A DNA stretch of 64,000 nt from an uncultured Ezakiella sp. (GCF_943913045.1 NZ_CALTVH010000001.1:24264-88263), one strand, 5' to 3'; counted from the stretch's first letter, positions 20,181 to 30,507 are shown. Made by a program: numbers and translations. Notes: generated from the letters alone by a model not told the origin.

Positions 20181-21575
20181 ATGGATTTTTTAAAATGGAT
20201 TGATGAACACAAGGAAGAAATGATCGAAGACTTGGGCAAATTAATTGCAATTAATTCAGTCGAAGGCGAACCGGCAGCAGATGCACCTTTTGGTCAAGGA
20301 CCTAAAGAAGCCTTGGAAGCTTTTTTAGAAATTGGTAAAAGAGATGGATTTAGAATCGACAACCTACAAAACTATGCTGGAGATATAGAATTTGGTGAAG
20401 GCGATGAAACCGTAGGTATATTAGCTCACGTTGACGTTGTGCCTGCTGGCGGTAACTGGGATACAGATCCGTTTGAAATGATCAATGATGGAGAGTATCT
20501 GCAAGGTCGTGGAACCCAAGACGATAAGGGACCAGCAATTGCTGCTTATTACGCAATGCGTGCTCTTAAAGAGACAGATGAAAAACTAATCAGAAAGATT
20601 AGATTGATTTTGGGAACTAACGAAGAAACTGGTTGGGGCGGAATGAACTATTATGTAAAGAATAAGAAGATGCCTGATTTTGGATTTACTCCTGATGCTG
20701 AATTCCCAGTTATCTTTGGAGAAAAAGGAATTATAACTGGTACTTCAAAACTAAAATATAATTTCAAAGACACGATGGTTAAAGAAGTTAAGGGTGGAAA
20801 TGCTCCTAATATGGTTCCAGATTTCTGCACAGTTGTAATAGATGGATCAAAAGTTACAAATGAAGTAAAATCAATTGGCACTCTGCCTGATTTTAAAGTT
20901 GAAGAAAAGGATGGAGAAGTTCATATTACCGCAAAAGGTATTAGTGCACACGGTTCAAAACCTGAACTAGGCGTAAATGCTATTTCAAAAATGATGGAAC
21001 AACTTGCAAAATTAATGCCAGCAGAAGATTCTTTCAGGGCATTTGCGGAATTCTATAACGAAGTTATGGGTTTCCATATGCATGGTGAGGGACTTGGCAT
21101 AGATTATGAAGATGAGTTGAGTGGCAAGCTAAACTTCAATGTTGGAATGATTTCAAATACAGATAAGAATATTGATATTGTATTAAATATGCGCTATCCA
21201 CTTAAAGGTGTTACAAAAGAAGAAATTATTGATAAAATAAATAAGGGAACTAGTGAATACAAGGGTGAATTTACAAGAACTGGTGGAGAAGAACCACTCT
21301 TTATCGATCCAGAAGGAAAGCTAGTTACAATTTTAATGGATGCATATCAAAAGCAAACAGGCGATACAGAGTCTAAACCAATGACTATTGGCGGTGGAAC
21401 TTATGCAAAAGCAATGAAAAATTGTGTTGCATACGGAGCTATGTTCTTGGATGATGAGGACAGAATGCACCAAAAAAATGAAAGAATTAAAATTGATCGT
21501 TTAATGGACGCTGCAAAAATTTACGCAATTGCATTAAAAAACTTAGCATCTGAAGAAAAAGTGCTTGACAAATAA
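20181..21575 (+). CDS. pepV: M20-family Sapep/PepV dipeptidase
   Basis: 464 aa; HVDVVPAG ... GRGTQDDKGP metal-binding motifs of PepV-like dipeptidases. Confidence 0.8.
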   Translation: MDFLKWIDEHKEEMIEDLGKLIAINSVEGEPAADAPFGQGPKEALEAFLEIGKRDGFRIDNLQNYAGDIEFGEGDETVGILAHVDVVPAGGNWDTDPFEMINDGEYLQGRGTQDDKGPAIAAYYAMRALKETDEKLIRKIRLILGTNEETGWGGMNYYVKNKKMPDFGFTPDAEFPVIFGEKGIITGTSKLKYNFKDTMVKEVKGGNAPNMVPDFCTVVIDGSKVTNEVKSIGTLPDFKVEEKDGEVHITAKGISAHGSKPELGVNAISKMMEQLAKLMPAEDSFRAFAEFYNEVMGFHMHGEGLGIDYEDELSGKLNFNVGMISNTDKNIDIVLNMRYPLKGVTKEEIIDKINKGTSEYKGEFTRTGGEEPLFIDPEGKLVTILMDAYQKQTGDTESKPMTIGGGTYAKAMKNCVAYGAMFLDDEDRMHQKNERIKIDRLMDAAKIYAIALKNLASEEKVLDK

Positions 21576-21577
21576 TT

Positions 21578-21712
21578 AAGCATGTGATATACTCATGCTT
21601 GTGAAGAAAAGTAGAAGGCCCCTTCTCACCTTATCACCGGTTGTGCATAAGGTTACAACAAAATCTGATTTATTGATTTTTTAAAAGGGCCTTCTGGGCT
21701 CTTTTTTATATT
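21578..21712 (+). promoter_or_regulatory. Structured infC leader (candidate L20-responsive leader / attenuator)
   Basis: Local hairpin aagcatg..catgctt (21578-21600); 9-bp long-range pairing agaaggccc (21613-21621) with gggccttct (21687-21695) immediately followed by T-run 21702-21707. Confidence 0.35.
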
Positions 21713-22237
21713 TTGGAAGGGGGAAAGGAAATTAAGGAACTCGAAATTAACGAACAAATAAGGGATAGCAAAGTAAGACTCATCGATCAAAACGGTGATC
21801 AAATTGGTGTCTGTGATATAGGAAAGGCGTTAGACTTAGCTCACGACCAAGATTTAGACCTTGTAAAAGTATCACCCAATGCTAAACCACCTGTATGTAG
21901 AATTTTAGATTATGGAAAGTACAGATATGAAATGCAAAAACGCGAAAAAGAAGCCAAGAAAAATCAAAAGGTTATCAAAGTTCGCGAAATGAAGATGACA
22001 CCAAACATCGAAGAACATGATATGTCTGTCAAGGCAGATAAAGTCAAGGAGTTTCTAAACGATGGAGACAAGGTAAAAATCTCTGTTAGATTTAGAGGTA
22101 GAGAAATGGGTCACACCGAAAAGGGTGTAGATGTACTTGAGCAATTCTTTGAAAAAATCGAGGACTTGGCAGTTATCGACAAACCTGCAAAACTAGAAGG
22201 ACGCAATATGGTTATGTACGTATTGCCGAAGAGTTAA
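21713..22237 (+). CDS. infC: Translation initiation factor IF-3
   Basis: IF3 N and C domains; track start is TTG 21713 but RBS GGGGGAAAGG sits inside it and an in-frame ATT at 21731 follows at proper spacing, matching the conserved AUU start of infC. Confidence 0.9.
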   Translation: MEGGKEIKELEINEQIRDSKVRLIDQNGDQIGVCDIGKALDLAHDQDLDLVKVSPNAKPPVCRILDYGKYRYEMQKREKEAKKNQKVIKVREMKMTPNIEEHDMSVKADKVKEFLNDGDKVKISVRFRGREMGHTEKGVDVLEQFFEKIEDLAVIDKPAKLEGRNMVMYVLPKS

Positions 22238-22256
22238 ATACCAGAAGGAGGAAATT

Positions 22257-22448
22257 ATGGCAAAATTAAAAACACATCGCGGAAGTGCAAAGAGATTTAA
22301 AAGAACTGCAAGTGGTGAATTAAAAAGATTTAAGGCTTACAAGAGCCACATTACAGGAAAGAAATCTCCTAAGAGAATTCGCAATTTAAGAAAAGGCACA
22401 TTAGTTAGCAAAAGTGATATGAGAAGAATTTCTCATATGATTCCATAA
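22257..22448 (+). CDS. rpmI: 50S ribosomal protein L35
   Basis: 63 aa basic protein [17 protein letters not shown]...; strong RBS AGGAGG. Confidence 0.95.
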   Translation: MAKLKTHRGSAKRFKRTASGELKRFKAYKSHITGKKSPKRIRNLRKGTLVSKSDMRRISHMIP

Positions 22449-22464
22449 AGTTAGGAGGTTTAAA

Positions 22465-22809
22465 ATGGCTAGAGTAAAAAGATCTGTTTCAGGACGTAAA
22501 AAGAAAAATAAAGTAATGAAGCAAGCTAAAGGCTACTATGGTGGAAAATCGAAATTATATAGAACTTCGATGGAAGCTGTTTTAAAAAGCCAAAGCTATG
22601 CTTATGAAGGAAGAAAGCAAAGAAAAAGAGATTTTAGAAAACTTTGGATTACTCGTATTAATGCAGCTGTAAGACCATACGGTCTATCATATTCAAAATT
22701 TATTGCAGCTCTTAAAGAAAATAACATCGAAGTTAACAGAAAGATTCTGTCTGAAATGGCAATTAATGACCCAGCAGGCTTCGAAAAACTTGTTGAATCT
22801 GTAAAATAA
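22465..22809 (+). CDS. rplT: 50S ribosomal protein L20
   Basis: 114 aa; [26 protein letters not shown]. Confidence 0.95.
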   Translation: MARVKRSVSGRKKKNKVMKQAKGYYGGKSKLYRTSMEAVLKSQSYAYEGRKQRKRDFRKLWITRINAAVRPYGLSYSKFIAALKENNIEVNRKILSEMAINDPAGFEKLVESVK

Positions 22810-22891
22810 GCTTTACGAATTCTTGCTTGATTTTTAAAAGCATATAAGATAATATAATATATAAGTGATAATTTATTGAAAGGAACAGAAT

Positions 22892-24085
22892 ATGAATATA
22901 CTTGTAATTAACTGTGGAAGTTCTTCACTAAAATATCAATTAATTGATATGACAAATGAAGATGTTTTATGTAAAGGTTTGGTAGAAAGAATTGGAATTG
23001 AAGGTTCAGTTCTAACTCACAAAATCAACGTAGAAAAATTTGTTGTTGAAGAAGAAATGAAGGACCACAAAAAGGCTCTTGAACTTGTTTTAGAACAACT
23101 TCTTCACAAAGATCATGGCGCTATTAAGAGCTTGGATGAAATTTCAGCTGTTGGACATAGAGTTGTTCACGGCGGAGAAAAATTCAATGACTCAGTTGTA
23201 GTAAATGATGAAGTTCTTTCAGAAATCAGAGCTTGCATAGAGTTAGCTCCACTTCACAACCCAGCAAATATCATGGGAATTGAAGCTATTCAAGAATTGA
23301 TGAAAGAAACACCAAACGTTGTAGTATTTGATACAGCTTTCCACCAAACAATGCCAATGGAAAACTATTTATATGCATTGCCATATGAATACTACGAAAA
23401 GTATGCTGTACGTAGATATGGCTTCCACGGAACAAGTCATAACTTTGTATCTAAAAGAGCAGCAGAAATTTTAGGTAAAAAACGTGAAGATTTAAGAATT
23501 ATTACTTGTCACCTTGGCAATGGTAGCTCAATGGCAGCTATTGACCATGGCAAGGTTATCGATACATCAATGGGTCTTACTCCACTTGAAGGTGTATGCA
23601 TGGGTACAAGATCAGGCGATATTGATCCTGCAATTATTCCTTTCATCATGGATAAAGAAAATTTAAATGCTCAAGAAATTAGCGATATGCTTAATAAAAA
23701 AAGCGGTGTTCTTGCAATTTCAGGTGTAAGCTCAGACTTTAGAGATATTGAAGCAGAAGCTGAAAAAGGAAACAAGAGAGCCAAGGTTGCACTAGATCAA
23801 TTTGCAAACCGCGTAAGAAAATACATTGGTGCTTATGTAACTCAAATGGGCGGCGTTGATGTAATCGTATTTACAGCTGGCGTTGGTGAAAACTCTATTG
23901 AAATGAGAGAAGACATCATGTCAAAGCTAGAATTTTTGGGAACAAAAATTGACAAAGAAAAGAACAATGTTCGTGGAAAAGAAGCAATCATCAGTACAGA
24001 CGATTCAAAAGTAGTAGCAATTACAGTTCCTACCAATGAAGAGTTGATGATCGCAAGAGATACATTAAGATTAACTACAAAATAA
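22892..24085 (+). CDS. ackA: Acetate kinase
   Basis: 397 aa; [17 protein letters not shown] and FHGTSH motifs. Confidence 0.95.
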   Translation: MNILVINCGSSSLKYQLIDMTNEDVLCKGLVERIGIEGSVLTHKINVEKFVVEEEMKDHKKALELVLEQLLHKDHGAIKSLDEISAVGHRVVHGGEKFNDSVVVNDEVLSEIRACIELAPLHNPANIMGIEAIQELMKETPNVVVFDTAFHQTMPMENYLYALPYEYYEKYAVRRYGFHGTSHNFVSKRAAEILGKKREDLRIITCHLGNGSSMAAIDHGKVIDTSMGLTPLEGVCMGTRSGDIDPAIIPFIMDKENLNAQEISDMLNKKSGVLAISGVSSDFRDIEAEAEKGNKRAKVALDQFANRVRKYIGAYVTQMGGVDVIVFTAGVGENSIEMREDIMSKLEFLGTKIDKEKNNVRGKEAIISTDDSKVVAITVPTNEELMIARDTLRLTTK

Positions 24086-24125
24086 TTAATATAATTAATC
24101 TTTAAAATAATTATGGAGGTGTAAT

Positions 24126-24305
24126 ATGGCAGTACCTAAGAGAAAAACTGGTAAAGCTAGAACAGCTAAGAGAAGAGCTTCTTCTTATACTCTTCCTAGA
24201 GTAACAGTTATAAATTGCCCTGAATGTGGAGAACCAAAGAGACCACACAGAGTATGCCCACACTGTGGATATTATAATAAACAAGAAGTAATTACAGTTG
24301 AGTAA
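24126..24305 (+). CDS. rpmF: 50S ribosomal protein L32 (not in the ORF track: 59 aa)
   Basis: MAVPKRKTGKARTAKRRASSYTLP...CPECGEPKRPHRVCPHCGYY; RBS GGAGGTG 7 nt upstream; the 233-aa antisense ORF 24111..24812 covering it is an artefact. Confidence 0.85.
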   Translation: MAVPKRKTGKARTAKRRASSYTLPRVTVINCPECGEPKRPHRVCPHCGYYNKQEVITVE

Positions 24306-24312
24306 TATTAAT

Positions 24313-24349
24313 ATGGATGGTATTTTTCTATGCCATCCATATTCTTTTA
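24313..24349 (+). terminator. Hairpin between rpmF and plsX (partial terminator / attenuator)
   Basis: 8-bp stem atggatgg / ccatccat with 12-nt loop, followed by attctttta. Confidence 0.4.
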
Positions 24350-24369
24350 ATAAAATAAGAGAGGTATAA

Positions 24370-25347
24370 ATGAAGTTTCTATTAGATGCAAATGGACTAG
24401 ACGAAGGAAGTTCAGTTGTAATTGATGCAGGTAGAATGGCAAAAGAAAAACTTGGTATAGATATTACCATTATTGGTAAGGCAGATATTGAAGATGCAGT
24501 TATTGAAAGTGGCTGTAAATTTTTGCTTGCAAGTGAAGAAATTAGTACTGATGAACATAACCCTGCATTTGCTATTAGAAACAAAAAAGATTCGTCAATA
24601 ACTAAGGGCTTGTACGCATTAAAAAAAGGTGAATATGACGCATTTATCTCCGGAGGAAGTACGGGAGCAGTATTTGCTGGTGGCACTTTAATTGTAGGCA
24701 GAATTCCAGGTGTTGATAGAGCGGCACTTATGGTTCCTGTGCCAACAGTTAAAGGTTTTTCATATATGATAGATGCTGGAGCAAATGTTGATTGTACACC
24801 TGATATGCTCAAGAATTTTGCAATTATAGCTAGTAACTATGTTAAGCTGACTCAGAATATAGAAAATCCTTCAGTTATGTTAATAAATAATGGCATAGAA
24901 GAAAGCAAAGGAACAACTCTAACAAGAGAAACATATCAGCTCCTCAAAGAATCTGATCTAAATTTCAGAGGAAATCTAGAAGCTAGGTATGTTTTTGATG
25001 GCCAAGCTGATGTTATAGTAACAGATGGTTTTTCCGGTAATCTTTTGCTAAAAGGATTCGAAGGAGAATTTAGATTTGTATTAAAGCTATTAAAGGAAAC
25101 AGCTTATACAAATATTCTTACAAAACTTGGTATGTTACTATTAAAGAAGCATTTGAAAAACAATTTTAAAAAGCTTGATGCAAACCAATATGGTGGTGTT
25201 CCAATTATGGGCCTAAAGAAAGTAGTTGTAAAAGCTCATGGGAATTCCAACGCCGAGGCATTTTATAATTCAATAAAAGTTGCAAAAGAAACGTATGAGT
25301 CGAATCTAATAGAGTATTTAACTAACTTATTTCAAACGGAGGTATAA
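24370..25347 (+). CDS. plsX: Phosphate acyltransferase PlsX
   Basis: 325 aa; PlsX family fold, GGSTGA region. Confidence 0.9.
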   Translation: MKFLLDANGLDEGSSVVIDAGRMAKEKLGIDITIIGKADIEDAVIESGCKFLLASEEISTDEHNPAFAIRNKKDSSITKGLYALKKGEYDAFISGGSTGAVFAGGTLIVGRIPGVDRAALMVPVPTVKGFSYMIDAGANVDCTPDMLKNFAIIASNYVKLTQNIENPSVMLINNGIEESKGTTLTRETYQLLKESDLNFRGNLEARYVFDGQADVIVTDGFSGNLLLKGFEGEFRFVLKLLKETAYTNILTKLGMLLLKKHLKNNFKKLDANQYGGVPIMGLKKVVVKAHGNSNAEAFYNSIKVAKETYESNLIEYLTNLFQTEV

Positions 25348-25348
25348 A

Positions 25349-25588
25349 ATGAGCAATCCGGATAACAAAATTTTAGAGTTAATAAGTGAGCAATTTGGCA
25401 CTTCAATCGAAAAGCTAACTAGAGATGTCTCATTTAAGGATGACTTAAATGCAGATTCATTGGATTTAGTAGAACTTATCATGGCTATTGAACTTGAGCT
25501 TGGCCTTGAAGCTGAAGATGGTGATCTAGAATCTATAGCCACAATTGGAGATTGCTTAGATTACGTGAATAAAGTGCAAAATGCATAA
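25349..25588 (+). CDS. acpP: Acyl carrier protein
   Basis: 79 aa; DLNADSLDLVELIMAIE phosphopantetheine-attachment motif. Confidence 0.9.
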   Translation: MSNPDNKILELISEQFGTSIEKLTRDVSFKDDLNADSLDLVELIMAIELELGLEAEDGDLESIATIGDCLDYVNKVQNA

Positions 25589-25591
25589 GTG

Positions 25592-25620
25592 AAATCCAGA
25601 TATTACATCTGGATTTTGTT
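25592..25620 (+). terminator. Rho-independent terminator after acpP
   Basis: 10-bp stem aaatccagat / atctggattt, loop attac, T-rich tail. Confidence 0.6.
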
Positions 25621-25635
25621 AAAGTTGGAGGAAAA

Positions 25636-28600
25636 TTGTTACTTAAAGAGTTACAAATTAGAGGATTTAAAAGCTTCTTAAACAATACAATTATAAAATT
25701 TCCGCCAGGTGTCACTGCAATTGTTGGCCCAAATGGCTCAGGTAAAAGCAATATTTCTGATGCTATTAGATGGGTGTTGGGAGAATCTAGTGTTAAAAGT
25801 CTTAGGGGAGCCAAGATGGAAGATATTATCTTCAAAGGAACTGATAGTATCAAGCCGGTTAGTTTTGCTGAGGTTTCTATAACATTTTCTGATTGCAAGA
25901 TTGAAGAAATGCCCTATGATGAAATTGTTGTAACTAGAAGACTTTTTAGGGATGGGACAAGTGAATATCTTATAAATAAAAATAAGGTTCGTCTACGCGA
26001 TATAAGAGAGCTATTTATGGACACTGGAATCGGTAGAGATGGATACTCACTTATAGGACAAGGACAAATAGACAATGTTCTATCTAATAGACCTGAGGAT
26101 AGGCGAGATATATTTGAAGAAGCATCTGGAATTTCTCTTTACAAATACAAAAAGGAAGAGGCCTTAAGAAAAATTGAACGCTCAAATGATGATTTAGATC
26201 GTTTGTGCGATATTTTTGATGAAATAAATAGGCAATATACTTACTTAGAAGCCGAGAGTATAAAGACAGATAAGTACAATCAGGTAATTTTAGAAAAAAA
26301 CTCCCTGGAACTAGACCTTTTATACTACGGCATTAAAAAGAATTTAGAAGATTTTGAAAACATTTCCAAAGACAAGGCCCTTATTCAATCAGATTTAAAT
26401 GACACAAGAGAGGAAATTGATAAGATTGAATCCAACAAAAAGGAAATGGATAAGGAAATTGAAAGTTTAGATATAAACATTCAAAATATCAATAATATTA
26501 AATTGTCTAAATTAAAAGAATTCTCGGAAATAAAATCTTCACATAACATAATTTTAGAAAGAAAAAAACATATTCAAGATTCAATAGAAGAATTGCACGA
26601 TAGTATTGATAATGGCAATGAAAACATTGATAATATAAATAAAGAAAATTTAACTTTAAAGAATTCACTGGAAAACTGGCAGGCAGAAGATTCTAATTCT
26701 TTTGACCTAGATATTAACAATAAAAGGTCAAGACTTAGAGAAGTTGAAAATGAACTAAACTTAATTAAAGAAGAAGACCATAAAAACAAATTGCTTAAAC
26801 TTGAAAGCCAGGCTAACACACAGATTAGGGATGAAAAGATTAAACTCTATGAGGGAGAGTTTGACAAATTAACCAATGAGTTAAATGATTTAAATATAAA
26901 GATCCAAGAATCGGAAGCTGATTTAAAGGAGAAAAGCAGTCAAAATACAAGCTTGTTAGAAGAAGTAGAAAATTTAAGTAATAAGCTTGAGAATGATAAT
27001 GATTTGTTAAGATCTAAAATATTGGAATATGAGGATATTTCCATAAATTTTTCTCATATTTCAAATCAAAATAATAATGCTAAGCTTAATTTTGATTTTA
27101 ATAAAAACATATTGGATACAAACGAACTATTTTATCAGCCAATTAAGTTTCTAGAAAAAAACTACAATGAAAATGATGGTTACCTAGGAACTCTGGTTAG
27201 TAGAATAAACACTGATTCTAGATATGTAAAAGCGATTGAAACTGCTTTGGGCTCAAGGTTGCAATATGTTTTTGCCAAATCAGTTACGGACGCAAAGGCT
27301 ATGATTGCTGGATTAAATGCAAAAAAAGCTGGTAGAGCCACATTTTTACCGTTGGATACAACCAACAAGTCCAAGACCCAGGTCTTGCAAAATAAGTCAG
27401 ATGGTGTTTTGGGATATGCTATAGAGTTTGTGGAAGCGGAAGAGCCATACAAATCAATTATCGCATACTTGTTAAAAGACATTGTGGTTGTTGATAATAT
27501 TGATACAGGAATTAAGTATCAAAAGAAATATAAAATGATAGTTACTCAAAAGGGTGAGCAGTTTAACCAGTATGGAGCGATCACAGGTGGTACATCTTAT
27601 AGGGAAAAGCAAACTCCACTATCGATTAAAGCCAAGATAAATCAAATTGAAGAGGATATTAACAGATTTAGTGAAGAACTAATTGTCTTGGAAAAAACCA
27701 AGGCAGATTTTCAAAGTCAAATTCAAAGCTTAAAAGAAAATATTGAGTTGACTAACAATCTTCTTTTAGATAAAAAATCTAAAAGAAGAATCCTAGAAGA
27801 TACAATTGCTCAAAGAGAAAATGAAATAGATACTATGAAAAATCTCTTGGAAGAGAAACAAGCTTCCCAAAACAATATAAAGTTAAGTCTAGAAGACTTA
27901 TCAAAGCTGGACTCAAATGTTGAGCTTAAAGAGATAGATACCTTGCGTTTAAATCAGTTAGAAGAGGAGCAGAAGCTTTTAATTAATTCAATTGATGATT
28001 TAGAAAGCAAGAGGCAGGATTCGGTTGATAAGATATTAGAGCGTTCAAACATTAAGTACAAAATCGAAAGCAACGAAAATAAACTGGAAGAAATAAAGAA
28101 TGATATTAATCTAAAAAAAGAAAGACTAGGAGCTAGAGAAAAAGAACTTAATGAATTGAAGGGTCAAGCTGATCAAAGTTTGAAAGAACTGTCAAGGATT
28201 GAAGAGCTGCAGAAAAAAGATGATGATGAAATTATAGCTTTACAAAATAAAAAACTAGAGGTTAAAAATAAAATTCTAGAGCTTGATAGACTCTTAAAAA
28301 TCAAACAAGAAGATACTATAAAGTTGGAAAACAAACTTAACCAACAAGATCTAAAAGAGGTTCGCCTTGATGAAAGCATTGAAAACTACAAAGCTGATAT
28401 TTCTAATAGGGGATACGTTTTTGAATCCTTCATAAATGAAGCAAGAGACACAAAGAATCTAAAAGAAAAAAGAGATACTATAGCTAAAATTGATAAGATT
28501 ATAGAAGATCTTGGGATGGTTAATCTAAATGCTATCAATGAGTTTAAAGAACTAAGCGAGAGAAAAGTTTTTTATGAAAAACAAATTTCTGATATTGAAA

Positions 28601-29124
28601 AGACCATAAGCGACTTGAATTCTATTATTGCCGGAATTAACCAGGATATGAAGGTCCAGTTTAAAGACAATATGGAAAAAATTCGCCTTAACTTTCAAAA
28701 GGTTTTCACAAAGCTATTTAATGGTGGAGAGGCTGATTTATATTTAGTAGATGAATCAGACCCATTAAACTCGGGCATTACAATTGTTGCAAAGCCACCA
28801 GGGAAAAAACTTCAAGCCCTAAGCTTGCTATCAGGTGGAGAGAAAACTCTAACTGCAATGGCGCTTTTATTTGCGATTCTAGAGTTAAAGCCTGCACCAT
28901 TTTGTATACTTGACGAAATTGATGCGGCTCTTGATGATATTAATATCTCAAGGTACATTAAGTTTTTAAATGAGCTAGCAAGAGACTCACAATTCTTAAT
29001 TATTACCCACAGAAAAACTACTTTAGAAGTTGCAGATACTATCTATGGTGTTTGCATGAGAGACAAGGGTGTAAGTGAGATAATTAGCGTTAGAGTAGAA
29101 GATTATATTGAGGAGGCAATATAG
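25636..29124 (+). CDS. smc: Chromosome partition protein SMC
   Basis: 1162 aa; N-terminal Walker A GPNGSGKSN, long coiled coils with hinge, C-terminal LSGGEKTLTAMALLFAI signature and Walker B; TTG start after GGAGG. Confidence 0.95.
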   Translation: MLLKELQIRGFKSFLNNTIIKFPPGVTAIVGPNGSGKSNISDAIRWVLGESSVKSLRGAKMEDIIFKGTDSIKPVSFAEVSITFSDCKIEEMPYDEIVVTRRLFRDGTSEYLINKNKVRLRDIRELFMDTGIGRDGYSLIGQGQIDNVLSNRPEDRRDIFEEASGISLYKYKKEEALRKIERSNDDLDRLCDIFDEINRQYTYLEAESIKTDKYNQVILEKNSLELDLLYYGIKKNLEDFENISKDKALIQSDLNDTREEIDKIESNKKEMDKEIESLDINIQNINNIKLSKLKEFSEIKSSHNIILERKKHIQDSIEELHDSIDNGNENIDNINKENLTLKNSLENWQAEDSNSFDLDINNKRSRLREVENELNLIKEEDHKNKLLKLESQANTQIRDEKIKLYEGEFDKLTNELNDLNIKIQESEADLKEKSSQNTSLLEEVENLSNKLENDNDLLRSKILEYEDISINFSHISNQNNNAKLNFDFNKNILDTNELFYQPIKFLEKNYNENDGYLGTLVSRINTDSRYVKAIETALGSRLQYVFAKSVTDAKAMIAGLNAKKAGRATFLPLDTTNKSKTQVLQNKSDGVLGYAIEFVEAEEPYKSIIAYLLKDIVVVDNIDTGIKYQKKYKMIVTQKGEQFNQYGAITGGTSYREKQTPLSIKAKINQIEEDINRFSEELIVLEKTKADFQSQIQSLKENIELTNNLLLDKKSKRRILEDTIAQRENEIDTMKNLLEEKQASQNNIKLSLEDLSKLDSNVELKEIDTLRLNQLEEEQKLLINSIDDLESKRQDSVDKILERSNIKYKIESNENKLEEIKNDINLKKERLGAREKELNELKGQADQSLKELSRIEELQKKDDDEIIALQNKKLEVKNKILELDRLLKIKQEDTIKLENKLNQQDLKEVRLDESIENYKADISNRGYVFESFINEARDTKNLKEKRDTIAKIDKIIEDLGMVNLNAINEFKELSERKVFYEKQISDIEKTISDLNSIIAGINQDMKVQFKDNMEKIRLNFQKVFTKLFNGGEADLYLVDESDPLNSGITIVAKPPGKKLQALSLLSGGEKTLTAMALLFAILELKPAPFCILDEIDAALDDINISRYIKFLNELARDSQFLIITHRKTTLEVADTIYGVCMRDKGVSEIISVRVEDYIEEAI

Positions 29125-30459
29125 ATGTTTGATTGGTTTAAGGATAAATTTAAGAAAAAAGATAAAGAAATAGTTGAAGCATCCAAGGATGTCGAAGAAA
29201 AATTAGAGGACCTTTCAGATAATTTTGCTGAAGGAGTGGAGAATTTATCAGAAAATATTTCAGATAAAGCTGATGACATCAAAGAAAAAGCTCAAGAATT
29301 ATCTGAAAAAATAAATGACGTCCAAGAGAATGTGGCTAAAAAAACTGGAGATTTTATTGAAAAAGCAGATGATGCTTTTGATAAAACTGTAAATGACGTT
29401 AAAAACAATATTAACGAAGCAGAAGAAAAAATAGATGAAAAGGCTGAAAAAATAGAAGAAAAAGTTAATGAAGAAAAAAAGTTAATTAAAAAAGAGACAA
29501 AAGAAGTAAGCGATAAGATTACAGAAGACAAGCCTGAACAGAAGGGTATGTTTAAAAAGCTTTTTGATGGTCTAAATAAAACCAGAAAAAATCTTGTCTA
29601 TCAAATGAATTCTGTTTTCCAAGCCAATGAAATAAATGATGATTTCTATGATGAGCTTGAGGAAATATTGGTTATGAGCGACATTGGTGCTATGACTACC
29701 ATGACTATAATTGATGAACTCAAAGAAAGAATTGTAGATAAAAATATTCACAATGCTGCAGATGCAAAAGATCTTTTAAAGGAAGTCATGCTAGATACTC
29801 TAAACGAAAATATTGAGTCAAATGATTTAAAACTTTTGCCAACTCCATCAATTGTAATGCTGGTTGGTGTTAACGGTGTTGGTAAAACTACAACAGTTGG
29901 AAAGCTTGCCTATCAGTTTAAACAAGAGGGAATGAACGTTGCAATTATAGCAGCTGATACTTTTAGGGCAGCGGCTATAGAACAGCTAGAGGTTTGGGGC
30001 GAAAGAGCTGATGTAAAAGTTATTAGCCAAGCAGAAGGCGCTGATCCAGCAAGTGTAGTTTTTGATGGGCTTGATTATTCTATTAAGAACAATATTGATA
30101 TAACAATAATCGATACTGCAGGACGCTTGCACAACAAGGTTAACTTAATGAATGAGCTTAACAAAATTAGAAGGATAATTGATAAAAAAATGCCGGGTGC
30201 AACATTAGAAGTTATTATGGCCTTGGATGCAACTACAGGACAAAATGCACTTCTGCAACTCAAAGAATTTAAAGAAGTTTCCGAAGTAACGGGTGTTGCT
30301 CTTACAAAGCTAGATGGAACGGCTAAAGGCGGAGTAATTATTCCTATTCAACATGAAATTGGCATTCCTGTAAAGATTATTGGGGTAGGTGAAAGTATTT
30401 ATGACTTACAACCATTTGATCCAAAATTATTTGTAGATGCAATTTTTGAAGAAAATTAA
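29125..30459 (+). CDS. ftsY: Signal recognition particle receptor FtsY (acidic repetitive N-terminal A-domain)
   Basis: 444 aa; NG domain GVNGVGKTT, DTAGR, TKLDG motifs. Confidence 0.95.
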   Translation: MFDWFKDKFKKKDKEIVEASKDVEEKLEDLSDNFAEGVENLSENISDKADDIKEKAQELSEKINDVQENVAKKTGDFIEKADDAFDKTVNDVKNNINEAEEKIDEKAEKIEEKVNEEKKLIKKETKEVSDKITEDKPEQKGMFKKLFDGLNKTRKNLVYQMNSVFQANEINDDFYDELEEILVMSDIGAMTTMTIIDELKERIVDKNIHNAADAKDLLKEVMLDTLNENIESNDLKLLPTPSIVMLVGVNGVGKTTTVGKLAYQFKQEGMNVAIIAADTFRAAAIEQLEVWGERADVKVISQAEGADPASVVFDGLDYSIKNNIDITIIDTAGRLHNKVNLMNELNKIRRIIDKKMPGATLEVIMALDATTGQNALLQLKEFKEVSEVTGVALTKLDGTAKGGVIIPIQHEIGIPVKIIGVGESIYDLQPFDPKLFVDAIFEEN

Positions 30460-30478
30460 AATTGTGTACCAAAAGGGG

Positions 30479-30507
30479 TTGACAATAAGCAAAATGCATG
30501 ATAAAAT
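30479..30507 (+). promoter_or_regulatory. Sigma-A-type promoter for ylxM-ffh-rpsP operon
   Basis: TTGACA 30479-30484, 17-nt spacer, TAAAAT 30502-30507. Confidence 0.55.

Noticed and set aside
22810-22891. Possible terminator after rplT
   Set aside because: Only a weak imperfect inverted repeat (gctttac ... ttaaaagc) without a convincing T-run; left unannotated.
24111-24812. 233-aa minus-strand ORF spanning rpmF and the plsX 5' end
   Set aside because: Serine/leucine/isoleucine-rich low-complexity translation typical of the antisense frame of AT-rich genes; it overlaps two well-supported, RBS-equipped + strand genes.
26300-29600. Periodic, lysine/glutamate-rich repetitive DNA in smc and the 5' part of ftsY considered as a possible repeat array
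   Set aside because: The periodicity is the heptad coiled-coil coding of SMC arms and the acidic A-domain of FtsY; there are no exact direct repeats with unique spacers.
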